Assembly: GCA_964500725.1 (NCBI GenBank)
Contig: CAZCNP010000001.1
Location: forward strand, 64,766-128,765
Origin: an uncultured Gammaproteobacteria bacterium
Lineage (GTDB): Bacteria > Patescibacteriota > Microgenomatia > Daviesbacterales > UBA10151
Direction: 5' to 3'
DNA length: 64,000 nucleotides
The notes under the pieces were generated by a model that was not told where the DNA came from, did not search any database, and saw only the letters and a list, made by a program, of their open reading frames with translations. Below, piece by piece: positions 18,884-27,131 of this stretch (position 1 is its first letter; every line of letters starts with the position of its first letter). The position numbers were made by a program, and so were the translations under genes.

Positions 18884-18956
18884 CTAACCAATAATTGCTA
18901 CTACTATCAAAAGCTAGCTCAACCAGGGTAAACCCCTGGGGAGTTTTTTCATGCAT
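18884..18956 (-). pseudogene. Frameshifted pilin 5' fragment (MHEKTPQGFTLVE / LLIVVAIIG*)
   Basis: Near-identical to the 5' coding region of 14789..16678 apart from an extra AGCT; stops after about 23 codons. Confidence 0.75.
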
Positions 18957-18964
18957 TAATCTTA

Positions 18965-20023
18965 TTATATTAAAGGAATAAGGTAATCAAGGCTTTGCCT
19001 TGAAAAAATCATATATCCAATCCCTGGAGAAATTGCAAAACCATCGCCTCCACCACCCACTGAAAATACCGAAAAACTCGCACCTTCCAGTTGAAAAATC
19101 TGAGTTGCACACCCAGTACAACCTGTGTTTATAGCGTTCAATAATGTTTTTGCTTTATTTATGCTGGCGGGAACAGCAGCAAAGGATATTCCTGTATATC
19201 CAGAAAGTAAAGAGATCTTAGTTTGTACAGCCTGTACCCCTTGAATTTGTGAATTAGATGACCCATCAGCGTTGATAAAAAAAGCCATTCCTACAGTGAC
19301 CGGAGAAGTGTTGTTTTGACAACCATCAGAACAGTCTGACAAATAATAGTCTCCATTAGCTGCAACCGTCGCAATAGATAAAATCCCATTTTCTTCTCCT
19401 CCTAAATCTGTATAAAATTTTCCGAGTGTATAAGAACTACCTTTATCTACCGTTAAACCGACAAAGTTGAAACCTGCTGTGAGGTTAATAGTTTGGAAAG
19501 CTGGAGCAGGATATGTGGGCGGACCACCACCACCGGAGGAAGTTTTGCAAAAACAATTAACAGAATCTTGCGCATTAACACATGAATTATTACCAATGTT
19601 ACTCCCCAAAGGAGCGCAAACAGAAAAATTATCTCCAGAAACAGTATCTCCAGAACCATTTGTATTATTATAGTTAGCATTTATATCTGGTCCTACTACA
19701 ATATAGGAAGTATTAGTTGTTCCATCGGGGGTAGGAATTTTTCCAGAGGCAAACATAGCTTCTGTTAATGGTTTATATCCACCCTGGCCACCATTTGCAG
19801 TAGGATCATAATTTGTTTCATAGGCTTTTTTAATAGCATCAATATCTGCTCTTCTTTTGGCATCCAGGGTTGAATTCCTGACTGCTTGAAAAGACACAAA
19901 ACCTACTACAGATAAAATACTGATTATGGAAATAACTACTAAAAGTTCAATGAGGGTAAAACCAGCACCACTCTTTCTAATCCTGTCTTTGTGGTGCTGG
20001 GTAAAACCAGAGTTTTTGGGCAT
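18965..20023 (-). CDS. Pilin with extra C-terminal domain and hairpin insertion in its leader
   Basis: MPKNSGFT-QHHKDRIRKSGAGFT-LIELL; repeated LxxGxxxI motifs in the C-terminal domain. Confidence 0.85.
   Translation of the reverse strand: MPKNSGFTQHHKDRIRKSGAGFTLIELLVVISIISILSVVGFVSFQAVRNSTLDAKRRADIDAIKKAYETNYDPTANGGQGGYKPLTEAMFASGKIPTPDGTTNTSYIVVGPDINANYNNTNGSGDTVSGDNFSVCAPLGSNIGNNSCVNAQDSVNCFCKTSSGGGGPPTYPAPAFQTINLTAGFNFVGLTVDKGSSYTLGKFYTDLGGEENGILSIATVAANGDYYLSDCSDGCQNNTSPVTVGMAFFINADGSSNSQIQGVQAVQTKISLLSGYTGISFAAVPASINKAKTLLNAINTGCTGCATQIFQLEGASFSVFSVGGGGDGFAISPGIGYMIFSRQSLDYLIPLI
19954..20010. mobile_element. 45-bp palindromic insert, copy 3 (interior identical to copy 1)
   Basis: Arms ccagcaccac / gtggtgctgg; 12-bp direct repeat gggtaaaaccag at 19954 and 19999. 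Confidence 0.75.
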
Positions 20024-20069
20024 TACTTACATTTTGTCACAGAAAGAGTTGGGGAGTCAAGAAAAAATA

Positions 20070-21152
20070 TCAGAGGCATCCATTACCACTATTGTAAAGC
20101 AAGCCTACTTCACCGGCAGAGAGAGCCCTGTTATAGATCCTGGCATCATCAACCAAACCATTCATCCATTCTCCTCCTGTTATAGAATACCTTCCCATCA
20201 GAGAAACTCCATGATTATTCGTAAATGAATAATTAGTAGGTCCTGCTTTGAGCTCATTATCAACATATAAACTGGCTTTTGTGCCATCAAAGACACCAAC
20301 AATATGATACCAGCTATCATTTGTTACCATAAACGAAGTATTAACCACCCATGGAAGACCGCCACCACCGTTTTGACCAAACACCGGTGAATTAGCATCA
20401 CTAAGAGCTATCTCAGCAAAAGAAGTATTTGTACCAATAATAGTTCTCCAGCTGCCAGCTCCAGCTGCAGCTGGTTTTACCCATGCAGAAAATGTAAATG
20501 GTAAAGTTTTATCAGTGGGCAACACCTGGCCAGCATTTATATAATCATTGTTACCATCAAACTGTCCTGCATTACCAAATTTGCCCGTACTGACTGTAGC
20601 TCCAGAAGCCACACCATTATGATTATTACCTGATGAGTCTTTCACTTCACCTGCAGTATTGTTCCAATTTGTAGTCTCATCCATCTTCCAATATCCTATC
20701 AGCCCATAAATCAAGCTGTTGGTAGGATCACAGGTAGAATTTGATAGAGAATTAATTTGAGTAATAAGAGTGGTATCTCCTTGAGTAGAGGTAGCACAAG
20801 TACTAGTGTTATCATTCATAGTAGCGCAGACTTTATATGCTGTATTGCTATTTAGGCCACCTGCCCCGGGTCCTACAAAAAATATATATGATCCTCCTTC
20901 CGGAGGAGTAGGGATCTTACCGGAGGCAAAATTAGAATCCTGTAATGGTTTATATCCACCCTGGCCACCATTTGCAGTTGGATCATAATTTGTTTCATAG
21001 GCTTTTTTAATTGAGTCAATATCTGCTTTTCTTTTAGCATCCAAAGCATTAGACCTGACATTTTTATAAGAAACCAACACAATAGTATAGAGTATAGTCA
21101 GAATAGAAATAATAACCAGAAGTTCAATTAAGGTAAAAGCATTTTTCTTCAC
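20070..21152 (-). CDS. Pilin fused to a LamG domain
   Basis: NA|FTLIELL; GLIGYWKMDE...FSAWVK...WYHIVGV...GLVDDARIYNRALS. Confidence 0.88.
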   Translation of the reverse strand: MKKNAFTLIELLVIISILTILYTIVLVSYKNVRSNALDAKRKADIDSIKKAYETNYDPTANGGQGGYKPLQDSNFASGKIPTPPEGGSYIFFVGPGAGGLNSNTAYKVCATMNDNTSTCATSTQGDTTLITQINSLSNSTCDPTNSLIYGLIGYWKMDETTNWNNTAGEVKDSSGNNHNGVASGATVSTGKFGNAGQFDGNNDYINAGQVLPTDKTLPFTFSAWVKPAAAGAGSWRTIIGTNTSFAEIALSDANSPVFGQNGGGGLPWVVNTSFMVTNDSWYHIVGVFDGTKASLYVDNELKAGPTNYSFTNNHGVSLMGRYSITGGEWMNGLVDDARIYNRALSAGEVGLLYNSGNGCL

Positions 21153-21745
21153 TGTGAGCTTGGTTTACAGTAAGGAGTACCAGTTTCTAACCTCGCACAC
21201 ACTTTCCAGGAAATAACACTAGGTCCAAATCTTGACGAGGCTGCAGCTGTTCCCTTTAAGGGTCCCGTTCTATCTGATCCCGTGTTTGCGGCTAGTCCCC
21301 ATGAACCAATATCAATCCAAGCGCTTTCTCCTGTAGCTGCTGTTGGTCCTATAGGGCATTTATCAGCATCAGCTCCTCCAGATGTAACAGTCCACTCAGT
21401 CCCATCTGTTTTCGGGCTTGTCGGAACAGTAGCTGCTATGCTTGTCCTTATACAATAATGAGCCTTATTTGCAGTATCAGCATTATCGACCGGTACCACC
21501 CCTCCGCTGAAGCCAGAAGCAGGTAAAGAAGTATAATATACAGTCGCTGGGGCTCTGGTTGTCTCTAAAGCATTTGCAATAGCATCAATATCTGCTTTTC
21601 TTCTGGCATCTCTGGCATTGGTTTGTGCAGAAGTAAAAATAGTTAGTCCGATTGTTGACAAAATAGCAATTATAGCTACAACCACCAGCAACTCAACTAA
21701 AGTAAAACCACTCTCTAATCTATTCTTATACAATTGTGTTTTCAT
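21149..21745 (-). CDS. Type IV pilin
   Basis: SG|FTLVELL; ARDARRKADIDAIA; CARLE. Confidence 0.9.
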   Translation of the reverse strand: MKTQLYKNRLESGFTLVELLVVVAIIAILSTIGLTIFTSAQTNARDARRKADIDAIANALETTRAPATVYYTSLPASGFSGGVVPVDNADTANKAHYCIRTSIAATVPTSPKTDGTEWTVTSGGADADKCPIGPTAATGESAWIDIGSWGLAANTGSDRTGPLKGTAAASSRFGPSVISWKVCARLETGTPYCKPSSQ

Positions 21746-21749
21746 TATC

Positions 21750-22217
21750 TTATTGCTGTGCAGCTCTACAATAAAAATTAAGTGTTCCTGTAGTAACTAT
21801 TGAAGTTTCACTTGAAGAATTGCCATTACCTTTTTCTAGTCTTGCACAAGCGATAAATTTGGGATCCGAAGCATTAACAGTGACAACATATTGATAACTA
21901 TTTCCACCATAAGCTATTGCGTTACCAGATTTTGCTGTGTCCACAGGATCAAATGGTTGTTGATTATTAGCAAAGATACTAGGACCATAAGTTGGATAAG
22001 TTTCGCTTCCTGGTGCTCCAGTACGGTTTGACTCCATGGCTGTAGCTATAGCATCAATGTCTGCACGCCTTCTGCCATCCCTCGCTTGTTTTTGAGCATT
22101 CGAAAAAGCAGCAACGCCTATCACAGACAAAAAGGCAATAATGGTAACAACTACCATCAGTTCAATAAGGGTGAAACCTGAAGTATTATTTTTAAGTTTG
22201 GGCAGAAACTTCTTCAT
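21750..22217 (-). CDS. Type IV pilin
   Basis: SG|FTLIELM; ARDGRRRADIDAIA; CARLE. Confidence 0.9.
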   Translation of the reverse strand: MKKFLPKLKNNTSGFTLIELMVVVTIIAFLSVIGVAAFSNAQKQARDGRRRADIDAIATAMESNRTGAPGSETYPTYGPSIFANNQQPFDPVDTAKSGNAIAYGGNSYQYVVTVNASDPKFIACARLEKGNGNSSSETSIVTTGTLNFYCRAAQQ

Positions 22218-22296
22218 ATTATTATTTGCTTAATTTTCTATATACTAATCTATTATTGATACAAATCTTTCGGGCTGTCAATACGTCAGTTCAAAG

Positions 22297-22404
22297 CTAA
22301 ATAGATAGATGTAAATACCACTCCATTAATTTATCTCCCCAATAGAGCATAATTAAACTACCTAATACCAAAAATGGCCCAAAGGGGATGGTTTGACCAA
22401 AGTG
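22297..22404 (-). pseudogene. Orphan duplicate of the pilD 3' end
   Basis: Translates HFGQTIPFGPFLVLGSLIMLYWGDKLMEWYLHLSI*; the pilD end reads HFGQTIPFGPFLVLGSLIMLYWGSQIIDWYLHLGQ* at an offset of 1020 bp. Confidence 0.88.
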
Positions 22405-22427
22405 TGAAGATATCAGTTGAGCTTCAA

Positions 22428-23072
22428 TCAAAGGTATTTTTTGACTTCATCTTCAAAAAAATGCTTTATCTCTTCCGGCTGGGGCAGGGAAACTTTTGCA
22501 ACCGGTGTAACAGAAAAACTGGATATATCACCAAAGTAAACCAGTTGTTCCAGGAAAAGTTTCTCACTAAAAGCACCCCCATAAACCTTTTCAGATACTG
22601 AAATAATTTGTTTTATATCAATATGACCCTGTTTTAAAATCGTGTACAAGTCAAAGTAATCCCTGTATTCTCCTCTTCTGCCAATTGTGTATGCTTTTTG
22701 TATAGCAATTTCCGGTATGGAAAATAGGGAAAGCCCTTTTCCTGTTTTCAAAATTTGGAAGTGCGGTTTGAAAGGATAGTAAAGAAAAGTAATTTTTATA
22801 CCATTTTTTGTAAATAAGGTTAGCTCGTCTAATGTGTCAATAACAACATTATCTATTGCCAATACCTGGGAAAGTTTTTCCAGTAATTTTTTGGGAATCT
22901 GGGAGGTACTAAAAAAATCAAAATCAAACGATTTACGGTGGGCAAGCTGAAGAGCAAGCGCAGTTCCTCCAGCTAACACAAACTCTTCAGTAAAGGGAAT
23001 GATTTTTTGTAATAAATCTCTCCTCTTATCATCCAAGATGCCGGGGTGTACTTTTGAGATATTTTTGTTCAT
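22428..23072 (-). CDS. Nucleotidyltransferase, AbiEii family
   Basis: LAGGTALALQLAHRKSFDFDFF...KAYTIGRR...RDYFDLY. Confidence 0.9.
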   Translation of the reverse strand: MNKNISKVHPGILDDKRRDLLQKIIPFTEEFVLAGGTALALQLAHRKSFDFDFFSTSQIPKKLLEKLSQVLAIDNVVIDTLDELTLFTKNGIKITFLYYPFKPHFQILKTGKGLSLFSIPEIAIQKAYTIGRRGEYRDYFDLYTILKQGHIDIKQIISVSEKVYGGAFSEKLFLEQLVYFGDISSFSVTPVAKVSLPQPEEIKHFFEDEVKKYL

Positions 23073-23298
23073 CTAATTTAGTACTAATACCAAGAACTAT
23101 GTTCTTGATAAAGTTAAAAGCTGAGGCTGTATAAATTTTTTTGGGAAAACCCAGAAAACATTTTTTTACTTCTTTTTCTCCAACAACATTAAGAAGAGAT
23201 TTTATCTCTTCCAGCGAACCAAACATTAGCGTCTGATGGATATTGTCTAAAGAACCCTGTTCTACTTCATCTAAATACCATACACGTTTTGTACCCAT
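23029..23298 (-). CDS. Small putative antitoxin partner (start likely ATG 23298)
   Basis: W...IHQTLMFGSLEEI; TATAAT at 23305-23310 lies 6 nt before the ATG. Confidence 0.7.
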   Translation of the reverse strand: MGTKRVWYLDEVEQGSLDNIHQTLMFGSLEEIKSLLNVVGEKEVKKCFLGFPKKIYTASAFNFIKNIVLGISTKLDEQKYLKSTPRHLG

Positions 23299-23316
23299 GA
23301 ACAAATTATACCTCAA

Positions 23317-24225
23317 TTACTGCCCTAAATGAAGATACCAGTCAATAATTTGACTGCCCCAATATAGCATTATCAAACTTCCTAACACTAAAAATGGGCC
23401 AAAGGGGATTGTTTGGCCAAAATGCTTTTTACCCAGGAGTATCAGACCTACTGAAAATACAGCTCCTGTTAAAAATGATAAAATTAAAGCAACCAGGGCA
23501 TTAGGGAAGCCTAACATCAACCCTATAAAAGCCCCTAACTTAACATCCCCTCCACCCATACCTTTACCGCGGGTTATAATAATCAAGCTTAAGAAAAAAC
23601 CTCCAATTGCTAGCCCCATTAAAATAGATAACAAAAATGGCTGGGCAGTAATCAAAGCATGCCTTTGGAAATAATCACTATGTGGAGGAAGTAAGTATCT
23701 CCCCACTGGAGTCTGAGAAAGGTAAAAGTAAAGGTATCCAATCTTATATATGGTAAATAAAAATAGGGAAACTGCCCCCACAACAATAGCTGGCAAAATA
23801 ACCCTGTCTGGAATAAACATCTTTTTTAAATCTGTTAAAAAAAGAGCTGTTAAAACTGCTATAAAGAATATATTTAACAAAACTTCTATAACTTTAATTT
23901 GAAATTTGAAATTTGAAATTTGAAATTGAAGAGGGGAGAGACCTTGAAAGCTTTGAAAGAAAAGAAATCCTACCAATAATCCTACTGCCACCTCGACTAA
24001 TAAATACTCCATGCCAATTTTTTTCTTGCAATACCTGCATTTTCCAGCAAGCAGGATATAGGAGAAAATAGGAAAAAGGTCGTACCATCTAAGTTCTGTT
24101 TTGCAGAATAGACAATACGACCTTCCCTTAAAATACTTACCAATTAAACTTCGGTCAGCCAATACCTTCGTAAAACTCCCTAAAATAATGCCTATTAAAA
24201 ACCCGACTGACCCCCAAATGACCAT
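23317..24225 (-). CDS. pilD: Prepilin peptidase (A24)
   Basis: RSYC..C...WYDLFPIFSY...GKCRYC, TDL, GMGGGDVKL, IPFGPFL; start likely the TAATG overlap at 24225. Confidence 0.95.
   Translation of the reverse strand: MVIWGSVGFLIGIILGSFTKVLADRSLIGKYFKGRSYCLFCKTELRWYDLFPIFSYILLAGKCRYCKKKIGMEYLLVEVAVGLLVGFLFFQSFQGLSPLQFQISNFKFQIKVIEVLLNIFFIAVLTALFLTDLKKMFIPDRVILPAIVVGAVSLFLFTIYKIGYLYFYLSQTPVGRYLLPPHSDYFQRHALITAQPFLLSILMGLAIGGFFLSLIIITRGKGMGGGDVKLGAFIGLMLGFPNALVALILSFLTGAVFSVGLILLGKKHFGQTIPFGPFLVLGSLIMLYWGSQIIDWYLHLGQ
23896..23929. repeat. Heptamer repeat AATTTGA x4.9 inside pilD (QFQISNFKFQI)
   Basis: Read directly. Confidence 0.85.
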
Positions 24226-24785
24226 TATGGCGCGTACGTACAAGTACCTCCAGATGTTTTAATAAGATCCAATTTTGAACCAACCTCATAAAGGGCTGTA
24301 TCATCTCCACCATCTTCTTCTCTCTTATCATTACCAGCTGCAGTCTGTTGAGCTGACTCTAAATCAGTATTAATCTCCCATGCCTCGCCATCAGAACAAT
24401 AAGTGTAGTGGTATGCTGCACTATTGACTGGATCAACTGGCAAGGTAGGAACTGATACGCTCTGTTGGGCTGATAAATCAACCTTTACCCAACCTGTACC
24501 ATCAGAAGCTCTAGGACTACTCTCTGTGGTTCTACCAACACATGTTGGTCCACCTTGAGAACACAAAATAACCTCTGCAGAATCAGTCGCTTCCTGCACA
24601 GCTACGTTAATTGCCTGTTGTAGATTTGCAAGATCAGTAAGTCTGGCTGCATCTCGACCTCTACGAGTAAGCTCTAATGGGTTTATAATCAACACTACCA
24701 CTGCTGCCAATATGGCTATAATTGCTATAACAACTAAAAGTTCAACCAAAGTAAAACCTTTGTGAACTTGAGCAGATTTTTTCAA
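24225..24785 (-). CDS. Probable major type IV pilin
   Basis: KG|FTLVELLVVIAIIAILA...INP; strong SD-like AGGGGGTGAG before the TTG start; adjacent to pilC and pilD. Confidence 0.85.
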   Translation of the reverse strand: MKKSAQVHKGFTLVELLVVIAIIAILAAVVVLIINPLELTRRGRDAARLTDLANLQQAINVAVQEATDSAEVILCSQGGPTCVGRTTESSPRASDGTGWVKVDLSAQQSVSVPTLPVDPVNSAAYHYTYCSDGEAWEINTDLESAQQTAAGNDKREEDGGDDTALYEVGSKLDLIKTSGGTCTYAP

Positions 24786-24873
24786 ACTTTCTCACCCCCT
24801 TTGTTAATCCATTGTAGACATAACTAATATTAGCTAGTCAAGAGGTCAGTTAAAAAACAGCTTCCAGTTTCAA

Positions 24874-26076
24874 CTAAAATGATGTAGTTAATTTGTATAT
24901 TGGCAAAATAATGGAAATAACCAAAAATGCTACCCCTATACCCAAAATAACTAAAACTATTGGCTCAATTGCTACTGTTAGGTTTTTGATCAAGTGATCT
25001 GATTCTGATTCGAAAAAATCTGCCAGCTTGAAAAATATTTCATCAACCTTACCAGTTTCCTCACCTACTTTGACCATCTGGCCAACAATTTTAGGAAAAA
25101 CATTAGGATTTAAAAGTGAGGAAAAAGGCAACCCTTTTTCTACTCCTTTATAGGATTCTTTAATAGCATTTTTAAAAACAGGGTTATCTGTCAAATCACC
25201 CACAATCCCTATAGACTCCAGCAAAGGAATACCTGCAGAGGTCAAAAGACCAAAAGTGCGGTTAAAATTAGTTAAAGTTACAGAGGAAACCACCTTGCCT
25301 ACAATCGGAGTTTTTAGAATTAATTTACCAATTACCATACTTCCTCCAGGAGTTTTCTTCCATCTATGAATACCAACCACAGCTCCAACTAAAGCAATTA
25401 TCCCTGCCCACCAATAATTAACAAACATAGAAGAGGTACCTATTAATATTTTAGTAGGCAGAGGCAGCTCCATTGTTGACTGCTCATATAAGTTGGTAAG
25501 TTTGGGAATAACAAAAACCATCATAATTATAATGACTACTACCATCATTGACAAAACAACAATAGGATAAATCATTGCCCCCTTAACTTTGGCCTGAAAC
25601 TCCCTTTCTTTTTCCAAACTGTTAGCCATCTGCATAAGCACATTGTCAAGTTTGCCTGAAGTCTCACCGCTTTTGACTAAATTAACGTAAAGGCGGGGGA
25701 AAATATTAGGAAACTTTGATAAAGCCTGGGCTAGAGTTAAACCTCCTTTAATATCTTGGGAAATATCAGCAAGGGCTCTTTTTAAAGTTTTATTTACCTG
25801 TTGCTCTTCTAAAATATCTATAGCCTCCGATAAAACCAGACCACTGCCTACCATTGTTGCCAACTGTCTGGTAACTATCACTAACTCTGTAAAACTTACC
25901 TTGTTTAAAAACCGGTCTAAAAAAGTGTTCGCAGAGGAATTTTTAGGGTTTAGAGCAACTAAAATTAAGCCTTTTTTACGCACTGTTGAAGCAGCAGCAT
26001 GAGCATCTGGGGCTTCCACACTACCATTATGACTTGCTCCTTGTAAATCTTTAGCTTTGTACAGAAATTCAGCCAT
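24874..26076 (-). CDS. pilC: Type IV pilus platform protein
   Basis: Two GspF domains: RQLATMVGSG, GETSGKLD, AMIYP, VGEETGKVD, IEPI. Confidence 0.95.
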   Translation of the reverse strand: MAEFLYKAKDLQGASHNGSVEAPDAHAAASTVRKKGLILVALNPKNSSANTFLDRFLNKVSFTELVIVTRQLATMVGSGLVLSEAIDILEEQQVNKTLKRALADISQDIKGGLTLAQALSKFPNIFPRLYVNLVKSGETSGKLDNVLMQMANSLEKEREFQAKVKGAMIYPIVVLSMMVVVIIIMMVFVIPKLTNLYEQSTMELPLPTKILIGTSSMFVNYWWAGIIALVGAVVGIHRWKKTPGGSMVIGKLILKTPIVGKVVSSVTLTNFNRTFGLLTSAGIPLLESIGIVGDLTDNPVFKNAIKESYKGVEKGLPFSSLLNPNVFPKIVGQMVKVGEETGKVDEIFFKLADFFESESDHLIKNLTVAIEPIVLVILGIGVAFLVISIILPIYKLTTSF

Positions 26077-27128
26077 TACTTTAGCAGTTTACTCAATAAT
26101 TCCGGCCTTAAGGCAAACTTTAATGCTACCTCCTGAGAAATCTTTCCCGCCCGCACTAAATTAGCCAGTGCCCGCTCCAAAGGCTGCATACCCAGTTCTG
26201 CTGATGTTTGTATAGTATTATCTATTAAATAAGTCTTGCCTTCTCTAATAATGCTTCTTACTGCAGGAGTAGCAAATAAGATTTCTGCTGCCAAAGTTCT
26301 TCCAGGCTGAATAGTAGGTATTAACCTTAGAGATAAAATTGCCTCCAAAGTGGCAGCAAGCTGTAATCTGATTTGAGATTGCTGCACCTCTGGGAAAACA
26401 TCAATAATTCTATCCATAGACTGCGAGGCTGAATTTGTATGAAGTGTTGCAAAAACTAAGTGCCCTGTTTCTGCAATAGTCATAGCCGATGAAATAGTTT
26501 CCAGATCTCTCATTTCACCTACTAAAACTACATCAGGATCTTCCCGCAGAGCTGCGCGCAAAGCATTATTCCAAGATTTAGTATCAGAAAACATTTCCCT
26601 TTGCTCTATTAAGGATTTACCAGCAGGATAGACATACTCAATTGGGTCTTCAACAGTTAAAATATGGGCTGAACGAGCTTGATTAATATAGTTGATAAAA
26701 GAGGCCAAAGCTGTGGATTTACCATGACCAGTTGGTCCTGTGACTAAAATAAAACCTTGCTTTAATTCCAGAAGCTTTGTGATATTAGCAGGCAAACCTA
26801 ATTCCTCAATTGTTGGTATCTTGTAGGGAATAAGTCTTAAGGCCACCCCAGAATTACCTTTTTGCTTGTATAAATTAGCCCTAAACCTGGCTTTTTTCTC
26901 AAATTCAAAAGAAAAATCAAGTTCTAAATTTTCTTTAAAAAGATTATATTGAGTTTCTGACAATAAAGGTCTGATCAGACTTTCAATCTGTTCCGGTGTA
27001 ATTGGCGTTTCCCCAGGCACAGGCAACAGTTCGCTATGAATCCGCAGCATTGGAGGAGAACCTACAGATAAGTGTAAGTCTGAAGCATTTCTTTGGATAG
27101 TCAAATCCAAAAGTTGAGTTATATTCAT
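26076..27128 (-). CDS. pilT: Retraction ATPase PilT
   Basis: ASDLHL, GPTGHGKST, LREDPDVVLVGEMRD, AETGHLVFATLHT, AVRSIIRE. Confidence 0.95.
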   Translation of the reverse strand: MNITQLLDLTIQRNASDLHLSVGSPPMLRIHSELLPVPGETPITPEQIESLIRPLLSETQYNLFKENLELDFSFEFEKKARFRANLYKQKGNSGVALRLIPYKIPTIEELGLPANITKLLELKQGFILVTGPTGHGKSTALASFINYINQARSAHILTVEDPIEYVYPAGKSLIEQREMFSDTKSWNNALRAALREDPDVVLVGEMRDLETISSAMTIAETGHLVFATLHTNSASQSMDRIIDVFPEVQQSQIRLQLAATLEAILSLRLIPTIQPGRTLAAEILFATPAVRSIIREGKTYLIDNTIQTSAELGMQPLERALANLVRAGKISQEVALKFALRPELLSKLLK

Positions 27129-27131
27129 ATC

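Noticed and set aside
19766-21043. Diversity-generating retroelement TR/VR pair
   Set aside because: No reverse transcriptase in the window. Both copies are coding and near the N-terminus, and the few mismatches are not confined to adenines of one copy.
9912-22217. Shufflon-type invertible pilin tips
   Set aside because: All pilin genes and stubs are co-oriented, there are no inverted silent C-terminal cassettes, and no recombinase is adjacent.
22374-22601. Plus-strand 75-aa ORF
   Set aside because: It is the antisense shadow of the AbiEii gene and the pilD duplicate.
9912-24785. Integron cassette array with the hairpins as attC sites
   Set aside because: The hairpins lie inside gene 5' ends rather than after stop codons and lack clear RYYYAAC/GTTRRRY boxes. 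Neither recombinase shows an obvious IntI-specific insertion.
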